IMG/VR virus record: IMGVR_UViG_2926558313_000004
Span: 64,001 to 128,000 of that record
Reading direction: 5' to 3' (one strand)
DNA from: a virus
Taxonomy: Duplodnaviria; Caudoviricetes
Length of the DNA stretch: 64,000 nt
Shown: positions 29,345 through 40,220 of the stretch, piece by piece
Numbering within the stretch: position 1 is the stretch's first letter
How the letters are laid out: each line of letters opens with the position of its first letter
Notes under the pieces: model-generated
Told to the model about the DNA's origin: nothing
Database searches by the model: none
The model's input: only the letters and a program-made list of their open reading frames with translations
Position numbers and translations under genes: made by a program

Positions 29345-29929
29345 ATGATTGAAATTAAGACGAATAATGAAAATAACATTCACGATATAATTGAAAAAGA
29401 TTTATTTAATGAGCGTATCATTAACATTAATGATGATGTATCTAGCTATATTCTCGATGATTATATTCCATTAATTCAACGGATTAACTTAGAAGACGAT
29501 AATAATGGAATTAACCCTGAGGATAGAAAACCAATCAAAATTTATGTGAATTCCTATGGCGGATCAGTTTACGATGGGTGGTCGTTAATTTCTCATATTG
29601 TTTCAAGTAAAACACCAGTTTGGACATATTGCTATGGTTACTGTATGAGTATGGGTTTATCTATTTTTGCTGCTGGTCATCGTCGATTCATGAGTAAATA
29701 TGCTACGCTCATGTATCACGAGTTAAGTTCGAGACTTGAAGGTAGCCGTGAAGAAATTAAGCGACAATCAGAAGAGTTTGATAGATTACAAAAAGTATAT
29801 GATGAGTTTTTAATTGAACGCAGTAAGCTGGATCAAGACACACTTATCAAGCATCAAAAGAACGTTAATGATTGGTACATTGATCATGACACTGCAATTG
29901 AATTAGAAATTGCTACTGATTCTATTTAA
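29345..29929 (+). CDS. ClpP-like serine protease
   Basis: IYVNSYGGSV, CMSMG (Ser), MYHE (His). Confidence 0.88.
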   Translation: MIEIKTNNENNIHDIIEKDLFNERIININDDVSSYILDDYIPLIQRINLEDDNNGINPEDRKPIKIYVNSYGGSVYDGWSLISHIVSSKTPVWTYCYGYCMSMGLSIFAAGHRRFMSKYATLMYHELSSRLEGSREEIKRQSEEFDRLQKVYDEFLIERSKLDQDTLIKHQKNVNDWYIDHDTAIELEIATDSI

Positions 29930-29954
29930 AAATAAATTAAAAGAAATATTTTAA

Positions 29955-29982
29955 AGAGTCTGTTCTACTGAACAGGCTTTTT
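29955..29982 (+). terminator. Intrinsic terminator
   Basis: AGAGTCTGTTC-TACT-GAACAGGCTTTTT. Confidence 0.65.
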
Positions 29983-30018
29983 GTAAATGATTCTTTTGAG
30001 GTAAAGAAGGTGAAATAA

Positions 30019-30804
30019 TTGAGCAGAAGACCTAAAGAGACAAAGGAATTAAAAATGTGTCTGAAATGTCTGGACAATAAGCGGAAAATAGAGGATTTTT
30101 ATTTGAGTTACAGTGAGTGGCACGGAGATGCAAGAACTCCAATTTGCAAAAAATGTCTTAAAGAGAAGTTGAATGAAAATGATCCATCATCCGTTAGGAA
30201 TGTTTTAAGAGCAATTGATAAGCCTTATAGACCGCTTGAGTGGGAGAAGGCTTGCAAAGGGAAAACAGATACATTGGGTACTTATTTAAAAAATTTAGGT
30301 TTGAATTATAAAGAAGAAACTTATGACGATAGTATATTTGATAATGAAAACAATTATGAAAGTGAAAATAGATTAGAAGAGAGAAAGATTTACAGTAAAA
30401 AATGGCTTGGTTACTATTACCCATCTGAAATTGAATATTTGGAAGAGTATCTTAATGGATTAGATCGAGATTTTAAAGTTGTTACTTTAAGTCATAAAGA
30501 TTACGCAAAGAAAATTGCTAAAGCAAGCTTACACATGGATAAATGTTTTCAAGAGATGCAAGAAGGCGTTACTAATGCAGATAAGAAGTATAAGGAAGCT
30601 AAAGATATATTTGATACATTATCTAAATCAGCAAAATTTTCGGAAAGTCAAAGAGGTATAAATGAAGTTGGTTTAGGATCTTTTTCTCAAATTGTTGATA
30701 TGGTTGAAAGTAACACTTATGTTTATGAACATAAAAATGATTTAGATAAAGATAGTTACGATAAACTTATAGATGATTTTAAGCACATCTATAAGTCATT
30801 GTAG
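30019..30804 (+). CDS. Zinc-finger protein, probable terminase small subunit (YonG position)
   Basis: CLKC...CKKC; immediately upstream of terminase large subunit. Confidence 0.6.
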   Translation: MSRRPKETKELKMCLKCLDNKRKIEDFYLSYSEWHGDARTPICKKCLKEKLNENDPSSVRNVLRAIDKPYRPLEWEKACKGKTDTLGTYLKNLGLNYKEETYDDSIFDNENNYESENRLEERKIYSKKWLGYYYPSEIEYLEEYLNGLDRDFKVVTLSHKDYAKKIAKASLHMDKCFQEMQEGVTNADKKYKEAKDIFDTLSKSAKFSESQRGINEVGLGSFSQIVDMVESNTYVYEHKNDLDKDSYDKLIDDFKHIYKSL

Positions 30805-30812
30805 GTGTCATT

Positions 30813-33749
30813 ATGAGTTCATACAATAATTTCAGTCAAAAAAGTAGACAAAAAAAAGATTTTACTTATGCAAATTTTGATCATCCTGATAGTCATGATC
30901 CAATAAAAAAAGAACAAATTAATATTGAGTCTTGGAGGAAGTTCATTTCTTATTATAGACATCATATTGATGAGTTTGCGATTGATATTTTAGGTATCAA
31001 CCTTTATCCTTTTCAAAGGTTAATATTAAGGTCTATGGCACGGTATAAAGAATCCATGTTTATTGCAAGCCGAGGGCTGGGTAGATTATGTAAGTATTAT
31101 AATTATCATAGTCTCACAATTTAAATAAAGGAGATGAGGTTTAATGAGTAGGTATACCTACAATAAAAACTTCTTTGAAAAAATTGATTGTGAGAAAAAA
31201 GCTTATTGGCTAGGCTTCCTGTACGCAGATGGATGTATTAATAGATATTATCGAAATGAAAAACTAAATGCGATGTCTTTAGAAATAGGATTAAGTGATA
31301 AAGATAGAGATCATTTACAGAAATTCTTAAGTGATATAGAATCAAATGTACCTATAAAAAGCAAAGTTGTAAAACTTAACGGAGAAAAATATAATTCTAG
31401 TAAAGTTGTAGTTTGCAACACTAAAATGTGCAGAGACTTAATTAAACTGGGATGCACTCCTCAAAAAAGTTTAACTTTAACATTTCCGAATGAAAATATC
31501 CTTCCTAAACAATACATTAGAGATTTCATTAGAGGGTATTTTGATGGAGATGGCTGTATATTTTTTGGAGAATATGATAGTTTGAAATCTTTAAAAATTA
31601 TAATTGTTGGTACTTTTAATATGGTAAAAGCTATAGAATATCACTTTAAAGAAAATCAAATAAACATTAATCCTATGATCAAACAAAAAGGCAAGGCATA
31701 TCAAATGGTTATCTCTGGATTCGATAATATTAATGAAATACATACATATTTTTATGAAAACTCAACTGTTTATTTAAATAGAAAACATGAGAAATTTACC
31801 GAGTCATTAAATTATATAAATCAAAATAGGAAAAGTACATCTGGTAAAACAGGTGTATATTTCGACAAAAGAAGTAATCGTTGGGTTGCTTCTTTTTGTT
31901 TTGACGGTAAAAGAAAACAATTAGGGAGTTTCATAAATAAAGAAGATGCAATTAAAGCTAGAAAAGAAGCCGAATCATTATAAATTTGATAACTATATTA
32001 TTTATTTGCCCACTTAAGTAGTAATACTTAGGGAAAATAATGCGGAATTAAGCGTGGAGTCCTCCAGTAATTAGGGTAACACGAACCGAAGGCTAGATGT
32101 AAAAGTTTAGTCAGGGGCAGAGCATAGGAGATGAAACTGTATTTATAGAATATAATTCTCCCAAGAGTCCGCATCATCCCACTAAACTTAGGTTTAAGGA
32201 TGAAAATGTATGCCGACCTTGCACGATGGAAAAGTGTAAGAAGTAGAGGATAAAAAGCCTTTACGATAACAATGTGAAATCATATTTAAGTGCAGTCTTT
32301 TTTATTTGTCAAGCAATTTTATATAAAGGTATTAAACTTGGGATTGCTTCTGGAAAGGGGCAGCAAGCGAGAAATGTAATCATACAGAAAATTAAAGGTG
32401 AATTACATTCGAACCCCAATGTAGCTAGAGAGATATCTGATATAAAAACAGGTGCGAATGACTGTGTTGTTCATTTTAAAAATGGTTCTGAAATAAGAGC
32501 TATTGTACTTGGTCATGATGGAGAGTCTGCTAGATCATGGAGATTCCATCAGTTGTTGGCTGATGAAGCTAGGCTGATAAAAGATTCTATCATGGAAGAA
32601 ATATTAGTTCCAATGACAAAAACAAAAAGACAGACAATGATTGATTTATCAATGAAATTTGATAAAGATGAGCTTCCTGTTGAGAAAGGTAAATTAATTT
32701 ATATTAGTTCAGCTTACCTAAAAAATTGCGACCTGTATGATCGTTTTATGAATCATTACACTAAAATGTCTGAAGGAAATAATGATTATTTCGTTTGCAC
32801 TCTTCCTTACACTGTTGGGGTTAATGCCGGAATTTATTATGAAGATGACATAATGAAAGAAAAAAATAAACCTTCGATGACTTCTGATAAATTTGCTTAT
32901 GAGTATGAAGCTGTTTTTGTTGGAAATTCAAATGAAAGCTTTTACCCATATGACTTAACTGAGGAATGCAGAGTCTTAGAAAAAAGTGAAGTTAAACAAC
33001 CAAAAAAATCTACAGTTCAATATGTAATTTCACATGATGTCGCCTTATCAAATGCAAAAGATAGCGACAATGCCTGTACCACTGTAATTAAAATAAAAGA
33101 AAAGCCAAGTGGTGCATACAGCAAGGAAGTAGTTTATATCAAAGTACATAAAGGAATGTCGTTACCAAATCAAGCAAAATATCTTAGGGAAATGCTGTTA
33201 AGATTCCCTAACACAATTAAGTTAGTTCTAGATGTTCGTGGTAATGGCGAAGCCCTCCCTTCTCTTTTGGACGAAACTTGGGAATATACAAATGAAAAAG
33301 GCGAAGTGATCGAATGTCCACCTCTTGCCCCCGATGATGATGAAGAACGAATGAGTCTACAAAATGCTGTTCCAATTATTAGGCGTATCGCTGCCACAAA
33401 TCAACTTAACAATACTATGCATACATATATGAAGAAAAGTTTCGAAGACGGAAGTCTAAAGTTATTAGCTAATTCGGCAGTAGTTGATTCTGAGTTTAAA
33501 TCTGAAGCAATGACAGAAGAACAGTATGCCTCTTTTGTAAATACTGATATTCTTATTAATGAGTTAGGCAATACAAAACAAGAGTCTTCTGAACACGGGA
33601 ATATTCTTTATGGTCGCATTAGTAAATCAACCAAGCGTGACCGTGTTACAAGTTTAGGTTATGGTTTAGTTTATATTAATGAATTAGAGCAAGAAAATAA
33701 AATGAGTAAAAATAACGACGAGTATGATTTTTCGTTTTTCTACAATTAA
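30813..33749 (+). CDS. yonF: Terminase large subunit, spliced: join(30813..31082,32277..33749), 580 aa
   Basis: Splicing restores Walker A ASRGLG|KSY; LYPFQ adenine motif, LLADEA Walker B, YISSA motif III, SHDVA and KRDRVTS nuclease motifs. Confidence 0.93.
31083..32276 (+). ncRNA. Group I intron (1194 nt) with endonuclease ORF in L1
   Basis: Exon ends in U, intron ends in G; P1 GGGU|AGAU pairs with AUUUGCCC after the ORF; P3 AUGCGGA/UCCGCAU; P7 GCAUA/UAUGC. Confidence 0.92.
31144..31983 (+). CDS. Intron-encoded LAGLIDADG homing endonuclease with C-terminal AP2-like domain
   Basis: AYWLGFLYADG and FIRGYFDGDG; C-term SGKTGVYFDKRSNRWVA...LGSF...DAIKARKEAE. Confidence 0.9.
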   Translation: MSRYTYNKNFFEKIDCEKKAYWLGFLYADGCINRYYRNEKLNAMSLEIGLSDKDRDHLQKFLSDIESNVPIKSKVVKLNGEKYNSSKVVVCNTKMCRDLIKLGCTPQKSLTLTFPNENILPKQYIRDFIRGYFDGDGCIFFGEYDSLKSLKIIIVGTFNMVKAIEYHFKENQININPMIKQKGKAYQMVISGFDNINEIHTYFYENSTVYLNRKHEKFTESLNYINQNRKSTSGKTGVYFDKRSNRWVASFCFDGKRKQLGSFINKEDAIKARKEAESL

Positions 33750-33777
33750 AATAAATTAAATTTAACGGAGGTGAAAT

Positions 33778-35295
33778 ATGGACGAAAATAAAACTTTTGA
33801 ATTTAACTCAAATCTTACCTCTGCCTTTTCCTATGTCACATCTTACAATGTTTTAAATATAGATACTTTAAAAAGATTACTTAAGGATCATATTTCTAAT
33901 AATAAACAAATTAGAGATGCGTCAAATATTTTGTATAATGCAAATGGTATATACACTAACGTAATTGATTATATGACTGCTCTGCCAACTTTGGATCGTG
34001 TTGTTCATGGGAATAATAAAGTTCATGAGAACTATAAAAGAAATAAAGATAAATTTCTTTTATCTTTAAAAAAAATGAAAGATAAAATTATAGCAAGAGA
34101 TATTATATTTAAATCTGCTCTTGAGGGAACTTGTTTTTATTATTTTGAAGTGAATCTCTCCCCTTCCCTACCTCGACATTTCAGTGATTATGACATTGAT
34201 CAAATAACTGAAATAAACTCCAATGACTTCAATTGTAGTGTTATCCCCCTGCCTACCGACTATTGTAGAATTGTAGGAAGAAAAAATTCATCATATGTAA
34301 TAGCGTTTGATTGTTCTTACTTTGATCAATTTACTGGAAATGGTCGTTCTTTAAAGTTAAAAAAATTCCCAAAAGAAATTAGACAAGCATACAGAGCTTA
34401 TAAAAAGGATTTTAATAAGAAATGGGCAGTTCTAGATAATAATAAGACAATTACCAATAAAATAAGGTCAAAAATTGATGAACCTTGGGGAAGACCAATA
34501 GGATTAGCAGCTTTTACAGATATGTTATATGATGAATACTTTACAGAAACAAAAAGAACTATATTAGATGATATAAATAGCACTATAATTTATCAAACTT
34601 TCCCTGAAGGCGACAAAAAAGGGACTTCTTCCCTTTCTCAAAAACAACAGAAAGAGCAGCACGAGAACATTAGGAACGCCCTTTTTTCAAAAGGTGTTCG
34701 TAAAGGCATTAACTTCTTTTCGATTGCTTCTGGAACAAAATTAGATAAATTAACTACTGATGTAGATTTCCTTGAAATTAAAGGTGAGGAAGAACTGATA
34801 ACGAGAATATCTTCAAATTTAGGATTTTCTGGCTCCTTATTAAATGGTCAAGGAGGAGATTATTCCAGTAATCAAGCCAACGTTGAGATGGTAAGTGCAG
34901 AGATATTTAATTGGATTCATCAAATTCAAGATGAATTTAATAAAGTTATAAATGCAAACATAATTAAAGATAAAAGTAACTATTTAGAAGTTTACTATCT
35001 TCCTATTACACATGCAAATAGAGATAAGCAATTTGATTACGCTAAAGATCTTTATTTATCTGCAGGTGGTAGCTTACAATATTTCATTGCTTCTGCTGGA
35101 GTCAACCCAGATGCGTATATCAGTCTAATGGAAGAAGAGAAAAAAGAAAACTATGCGGAAAGATTCCCTCCTCATCAAACTAGCCACACTTTAAGTAATA
35201 AAGACAGAGGGAGAAGTGAAGAGACTAATCCATTAAATGAAAGTACGATAAAATCTAAAACTAATGGATCTAATAATAATCCACGGATTAATTAA
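33778..35295 (+). CDS. yonE: Portal protein (YonE-like)
   Basis: 505 aa directly after terminase; EPWGRPIG motif; SPbeta synteny. Confidence 0.8.
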   Translation: MDENKTFEFNSNLTSAFSYVTSYNVLNIDTLKRLLKDHISNNKQIRDASNILYNANGIYTNVIDYMTALPTLDRVVHGNNKVHENYKRNKDKFLLSLKKMKDKIIARDIIFKSALEGTCFYYFEVNLSPSLPRHFSDYDIDQITEINSNDFNCSVIPLPTDYCRIVGRKNSSYVIAFDCSYFDQFTGNGRSLKLKKFPKEIRQAYRAYKKDFNKKWAVLDNNKTITNKIRSKIDEPWGRPIGLAAFTDMLYDEYFTETKRTILDDINSTIIYQTFPEGDKKGTSSLSQKQQKEQHENIRNALFSKGVRKGINFFSIASGTKLDKLTTDVDFLEIKGEEELITRISSNLGFSGSLLNGQGGDYSSNQANVEMVSAEIFNWIHQIQDEFNKVINANIIKDKSNYLEVYYLPITHANRDKQFDYAKDLYLSAGGSLQYFIASAGVNPDAYISLMEEEKKENYAERFPPHQTSHTLSNKDRGRSEETNPLNESTIKSKTNGSNNNPRIN

Positions 35296-35311
35296 AGGAG
35301 GTGATGAATTA

Positions 35312-36520
35312 TTGAAAGGAAGAATTTTGGAGCTAAACCAATCCAAGAAATTCGCAGGTAGAACCTATGTAAAATGGGTTGTTTTAGAAATACATAATGA
35401 TCCAACTAAATATAATAAAAATGGCATTTCATGGAAAGAAGAATATATCGAAAAAAACCTTGAATCAGCTTTTTCTATGCCTCTAGCTGTTGAGTTTTTG
35501 GACTACTATAAAAAAGATGAACCTTTTGGTCATGGAATGTCAGAAATCAAAGATGGTACTCCCCTATTTGAAGATTCAGTGGCAGTAGGAACAACGACAA
35601 ATGCCTATATAGACACTGTTGAAATTAACGCAGAACAAAAAAGAGTTATGGTCGCTGAAGGTTATTTATATGATCAACGCTATCCTAAATTTGTTCAGTG
35701 GTTAAAATCTAAAATGTTTGATGGGGAAATGCCCGAAACAAGTGTTGAAATATGTAAAAAAGAAGAAAATGAAAACATTATTTATGAAAGTGGATGGAAG
35801 GAAGAAGGAAGAATTCCAATGGATTTTGACTTTAGTGGAGTTGCGATACTTGGAATCGAACCTTCAGATGATACCGCTATACTACTTGAATTAAATAATA
35901 AAATTAATAAGGAGGATATTAAAAATATGCCTGAAAATCAAAACACTCAACTAGTTTCCGAGTTGAATGAAAAATTAGAAACAAAAGTTAATGAGATTTC
36001 TGAGCTTAAATCACAGTTAAAGGATTTAACTTCATCAAAAGACAGTGAAATTAATGAAATTAATCAGAAACTAGAAAAAGCTACTTCTGAATTCAATGAA
36101 AAGATCCAAGAAAAAACCACTGAATTGAATTCTACAATTGAAGAACTGAAAGAAGTTAATTCTAAGTTAGAAGAAAAAGAAAAGACAATTGAGGTTATGG
36201 AGAAAGAAGTCAGTGAACTTCGTTCTTTTAAAGAAGAATCAACTAAAAAAGAACTTCAATCTGAATTAAATTCAAAATTATCTACTTATACTGATTCTGA
36301 AAAAGAAATTGCTAAAGAGTTAATTGATAAATGTGAAAAAGAACCTACTAATGAATTAATCACTCAAATTGTTAATGAAATTAATTCTAATATTGCCAAG
36401 AAGATTATTGAGCAGAGATCAAAGTCTACTACTCATGAAACAAATAGTGTTGATGATATCTATTCAGATGTAATCGAAGTAAATAATAATGAAACACCAG
36501 ATATTGAAGATTTATATTAA
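35312..36520 (+). CDS. yonD: Prohead protease/scaffold protein (YonD-like)
   Basis: TTG start after AAAGGAGGTG; globular N-terminus (GHG, TSVEI) plus ELN/EIN-repeat coiled coil. Confidence 0.75.
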   Translation: MKGRILELNQSKKFAGRTYVKWVVLEIHNDPTKYNKNGISWKEEYIEKNLESAFSMPLAVEFLDYYKKDEPFGHGMSEIKDGTPLFEDSVAVGTTTNAYIDTVEINAEQKRVMVAEGYLYDQRYPKFVQWLKSKMFDGEMPETSVEICKKEENENIIYESGWKEEGRIPMDFDFSGVAILGIEPSDDTAILLELNNKINKEDIKNMPENQNTQLVSELNEKLETKVNEISELKSQLKDLTSSKDSEINEINQKLEKATSEFNEKIQEKTTELNSTIEELKEVNSKLEEKEKTIEVMEKEVSELRSFKEESTKKELQSELNSKLSTYTDSEKEIAKELIDKCEKEPTNELITQIVNEINSNIAKKIIEQRSKSTTHETNSVDDIYSDVIEVNNNETPDIEDLY

Positions 36521-36561
36521 AAAATAAGTGAAAAATATTTACAAATTTGAGGAGGATTTAA

Positions 36562-37062
36562 ATGTTTAAATTTAATTCTATTGGTGCGATTGAGAAACAC
36601 GTTCGCAATAACCCTAGAAACATTGCTACATCTACTTTGCAAAATGGAATGAGTGTAATTATGAATGATCAAGCAGGAACCGCTTCTGTCCCAGCAACAG
36701 CTACTGAAGCGCAAGGACTGACTTGGATTGTGGGTAATATTATCGACAAACCAGAGGTTCGTAATAATAAAGAGTTTACTATTGAAAATGGAGAACATGT
36801 TCGTGGATTCCTTGCTGAAGACGCTAAAGAACTACAAGTTGAAGTTGATTATCGTGTAGTTGCCACTGATTTAGACACAGTTAGTATTGGTGATCATTTA
36901 GTAGTAGCTAACGCTGCCGATCATGGTGAAGATGCAGGAAAGTGGATTAAGCCAGATGGAACAGTAATTGCAGACTCCAGCTCATATAATACATATCTTG
37001 AAGTTTTAAAAAAGACCACTTATGGAGATAAAGGTCTACTTTGCAAAGTAGTAAAAAATTAA
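36562..37062 (+). CDS. Head decoration/capsid-associated protein (YonC position)
   Basis: Position between scaffold and capsid; GAGGAGG RBS. Confidence 0.65.
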   Translation: MFKFNSIGAIEKHVRNNPRNIATSTLQNGMSVIMNDQAGTASVPATATEAQGLTWIVGNIIDKPEVRNNKEFTIENGEHVRGFLAEDAKELQVEVDYRVVATDLDTVSIGDHLVVANAADHGEDAGKWIKPDGTVIADSSSYNTYLEVLKKTTYGDKGLLCKVVKN

Positions 37063-37101
37063 AATAAATAATATTAAAAATTGGAAGGGGATTTATTAAT
37101 A

Positions 37102-38205
37102 ATGGAACTAACTTTTGAAATTAATAATAAACGTTTAGATTCACAATTCACTCAGCCTAAATTCAATGCAAAATCTCAAATTGTTGAGATTTTTTCTGCT
37201 ATTACAGAAGGCAAAGATTATTCTCAATATGGGAAAAAGGTTGATACAGTAGTTAATCATGTGAAAGAGTTGGCAAACAAAGCTCATGCAGGAGATTTTA
37301 CTGCAAAAGCTGAATTGAATTCAATCGTTCGATACACGATTGAGCCACATTTAGAAAAGCAAATTCAACTTTTTAGCTTTATGGGTAGATTCAGAGATAT
37401 TCCTTATAACGAACAACCAATGGTTCAAACTTATAAGCACGAATCTCTAAATGCTGATTTCCAAGCTAGCTCCGGTGATGTTGGTTTCAGTACAACTAGT
37501 TGGGAAGAGTATCCAATTAACACTAAAACTATTTCAGCAGGTTTTGCTGTAGATTATCGTGAAGTTGCAAGTGGTAACTTGGATAAAATTGCTGAAGGAA
37601 AACAACAAGTACAAACAGTAATGATGAATAAAGCAATGAATTATGTAGTTTATCAACTATATACTGGAATTAAAAATGCCACTGGAATCAAGTATTTTAG
37701 TGAGAATGCTGGTATCACAAAATCTGCTTTAGATGACGCTCTAAAGAAAATAAGACGTTTTGGTCGTCCTTCTATTGCAGGTGATTACTCAGTCGTTTCA
37801 CAATTAAGTGATTTCGCTGGTCATCAGTCAACTTCTCCTTCAATTACTGGACTATCTGAAGCAGTAATGGAAGAAATTCGCCTCACTGGAATGCTACAAA
37901 CATACAACGGCTCCCCTGTTCTTGAACTGCCTAATCAATATCAAACCACACAATTAAACAGTGCAGGAGATAATTTTAAAACTTATCTTCCTGAAGGTTT
38001 ACTATTCTTAATTCCTCAAGGAAATCCAGTTTCCCCACTTCAAGTATTTAGACGTGGTGGATTAACTTCAATGACTGGTACAAGTGTAGAAACTGGCACA
38101 GAAGTAACTCGCTACGATATGGAAATTGGGGCTGAAGTTGTACGTGGTCGTGAATATGAAATCGGCTTGATCTCTGATGAGAATTTTGCAGCACCATCAT
38201 ATTAA
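37102..38205 (+). CDS. yonB: Major capsid protein (YonB-like)
   Basis: Size and position; highly expressed codon usage; followed by strong hairpin. Confidence 0.78.
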   Translation: MELTFEINNKRLDSQFTQPKFNAKSQIVEIFSAITEGKDYSQYGKKVDTVVNHVKELANKAHAGDFTAKAELNSIVRYTIEPHLEKQIQLFSFMGRFRDIPYNEQPMVQTYKHESLNADFQASSGDVGFSTTSWEEYPINTKTISAGFAVDYREVASGNLDKIAEGKQQVQTVMMNKAMNYVVYQLYTGIKNATGIKYFSENAGITKSALDDALKKIRRFGRPSIAGDYSVVSQLSDFAGHQSTSPSITGLSEAVMEEIRLTGMLQTYNGSPVLELPNQYQTTQLNSAGDNFKTYLPEGLLFLIPQGNPVSPLQVFRRGGLTSMTGTSVETGTEVTRYDMEIGAEVVRGREYEIGLISDENFAAPSY

Positions 38206-38220
38206 AAATAAAATAAATAA

Positions 38221-38247
38221 TTAGGAGGGATTAATAATCCCTCCTAA
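38221..38247 (+). terminator. Hairpin after capsid gene
   Basis: TTAGGAGGGATT-AAT-AATCCCTCCTAA. Confidence 0.7.
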
Positions 38248-38275
38248 ACTTTAGAGTAAAAGGAGAGTGTTTATT

Positions 38276-38764
38276 ATGTCAAACTTAAATATGAACGATA
38301 AAGTTTATGTTAAAAACCTGTGTGCATGGGACATCTATTTTAGACGAATCGAACGAGCTGGAGATATTAAAATTCCAAGTAAAGGACGAATTCCAATTGA
38401 AAGATCGGAGATTCAATCTCAGATTTATGATGGTAATGTCTTTTTTGTTGGAGTAGATGGACAAGGATCAAAAGCAAAAGTGTACATAGAAGATAAAGAT
38501 ACTCGTGTATTAGTTGGATTTGAAGAGGAAAATAGCACAAAAAAGCAGGAAGTTTTAGATGAGAAGGAAATGAGTCGTATTCTAGAATTGAAAACAGATA
38601 AATCTTTTAAGGATAATTTGAATAAGCATGTGACACTTCAAAATGAAAAATTTGCAATTATGGAACATGCGAGAAAAAGTAAGTTTAAAGATTACGAAAA
38701 AATTAGAATCTTAGAAGAACACACTGGTTATAAATTCGAAGAACCAAAAATCAAAACTAAATAA
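38276..38764 (+). CDS. Virion morphogenesis protein (YonA position)
   Basis: ORF in head-tail cluster; AAAGGAGAG RBS. Confidence 0.7.
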   Translation: MSNLNMNDKVYVKNLCAWDIYFRRIERAGDIKIPSKGRIPIERSEIQSQIYDGNVFFVGVDGQGSKAKVYIEDKDTRVLVGFEEENSTKKQEVLDEKEMSRILELKTDKSFKDNLNKHVTLQNEKFAIMEHARKSKFKDYEKIRILEEHTGYKFEEPKIKTK

Positions 38765-38779
38765 CAGAGGGGTGATAAG

Positions 38780-39172
38780 ATGGCAACCCCTAAAGTTGAA
38801 ATATTGAATGTTTTCCATACTAAATTCCAATCAATCACCCCTCTCCCACACGGACTAGAAGATCAATTTCTTCTTAACGCAATAGGTGATTTTGAATTAG
38901 ACTTATATAAAATTCAATATAATAAAAACCTCGAAGAATTTGAAGAAAATCTGTCTCAACCTGAAATAAATCTACTGGGTTTACTCATGTACAGGTCTTA
39001 TTTAGGAAGAGAAAGAGATCGAATATTAAAGCTTAATAATATAGTGGGGAAAGATATTAAATTGACTTCAATGTCAGATAGTAAAAGAACAATGAGTGAT
39101 GCAATGGATAAATTGAATGATGACATAAAAATAGCTATTAATAAACTAAAAGATAATTCTTTTTATGATTAG
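38780..39172 (+). CDS. Putative head-tail adaptor
   Basis: Small helical protein at head-completion position. Confidence 0.6.
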   Translation: MATPKVEILNVFHTKFQSITPLPHGLEDQFLLNAIGDFELDLYKIQYNKNLEEFEENLSQPEINLLGLLMYRSYLGRERDRILKLNNIVGKDIKLTSMSDSKRTMSDAMDKLNDDIKIAINKLKDNSFYD

Positions 39173-39177
39173 GGGGA

Positions 39178-39846
39178 TTGAAAATGTCAAATGATTGGTA
39201 TTTGATGTCTAACCCCACCCCATTGAGCGGATTTGAAAAAAGTGAGTTTGAAAGCTACTATTCCGTCTTTAATGAAATTTTAGAGCAATCGCCTGAAGCT
39301 TATTTAGTAAATGTAGATGGAATGTTAAAACATGTAATTATTCAATCAAGGAACAAAGATGATGAATTTAATTTATTATCTAATACTGGTGACGTGAAAA
39401 TGGGCGATCTAATTTTGTATAAAGACCAGTATTATCTTGCAGTTAGTTACCCATTCAGTAATAAAATATATGAAAAAACACTTATTAAATATTGCAATAA
39501 TATTCTAAAGGTCAAAGTAGACGAAATTCGAGAGATCACTGGTAAAACATCATTGGGCGAGCCTATTTATAATACAACACCCATCTATTACGAACAACCT
39601 TGTCATTTTTCTAATGAAAATGGTACTACTTATAATACTACATTTTACGAGCAAATTAACGTTCCTTTGGGACGCATATCAATTTTAACTCCATACAGAA
39701 CGAATGCAAATTTAATTACTGAAGGTATGGAATTTCAGATGTATGATTCCCAATATAAAATTTCAAATGTAGATAAAACTCGTGTAAAAAATAACCAAGG
39801 TTTTCTTGAATTGTTTGTGGAAAGAATTCAACTAAGTAACAAATAA
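39178..39846 (+). CDS. Putative head-closure/neck protein
   Basis: Beta-rich 222 aa protein in head-tail cluster. Confidence 0.6.
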   Translation: MKMSNDWYLMSNPTPLSGFEKSEFESYYSVFNEILEQSPEAYLVNVDGMLKHVIIQSRNKDDEFNLLSNTGDVKMGDLILYKDQYYLAVSYPFSNKIYEKTLIKYCNNILKVKVDEIREITGKTSLGEPIYNTTPIYYEQPCHFSNENGTTYNTTFYEQINVPLGRISILTPYRTNANLITEGMEFQMYDSQYKISNVDKTRVKNNQGFLELFVERIQLSNK

Positions 39847-39872
39847 AATTTAATTAAAATGGGGATTTTATT

Positions 39873-40220
39873 ATGGATAAAAAGGAGAGATATTATTTAA
39901 ATATCAAACAAACAAAAGCTTACTTTGAAAATCGTAAGAATAAATTGTTTAACTGCTTGTGCATGTATGAAGAAAATAATGACACCGCCTTTAAAAATAT
40001 TCATAGTCTCTCGTTAGAGTTAGAAGGTAAAGGTGAACGCCTCCCCTTTCTTAAAGATATGATCGAATTTGACATCATTCTTGATACATTAGAATTTCTC
40101 TATAATGAATTTCTTACTATGGATAATAATCAAGAAGTTGTGAGGCGTGAAATATTCAAGTGCATGAGCTTATTGGACAAAATGATCATTAAGCTTCCTG
40201 ACTATATGGAGTGTGGTTAG
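39873..40220 (+). CDS. Hypothetical morphogenesis-cluster protein (115 aa)
   Basis: ORF with GGGGA RBS. Confidence 0.7.
   Translation: MDKKERYYLNIKQTKAYFENRKNKLFNCLCMYEENNDTAFKNIHSLSLELEGKGERLPFLKDMIEFDIILDTLEFLYNEFLTMDNNQEVVRREIFKCMSLLDKMIIKLPDYMECG

Noticed and set aside
30813-33749. Terminase as two genes, an intein or a frameshifted pseudogene
   Set aside because: Endonuclease ORF has its own RBS and stop; group I core and precise in-frame junction explain the split
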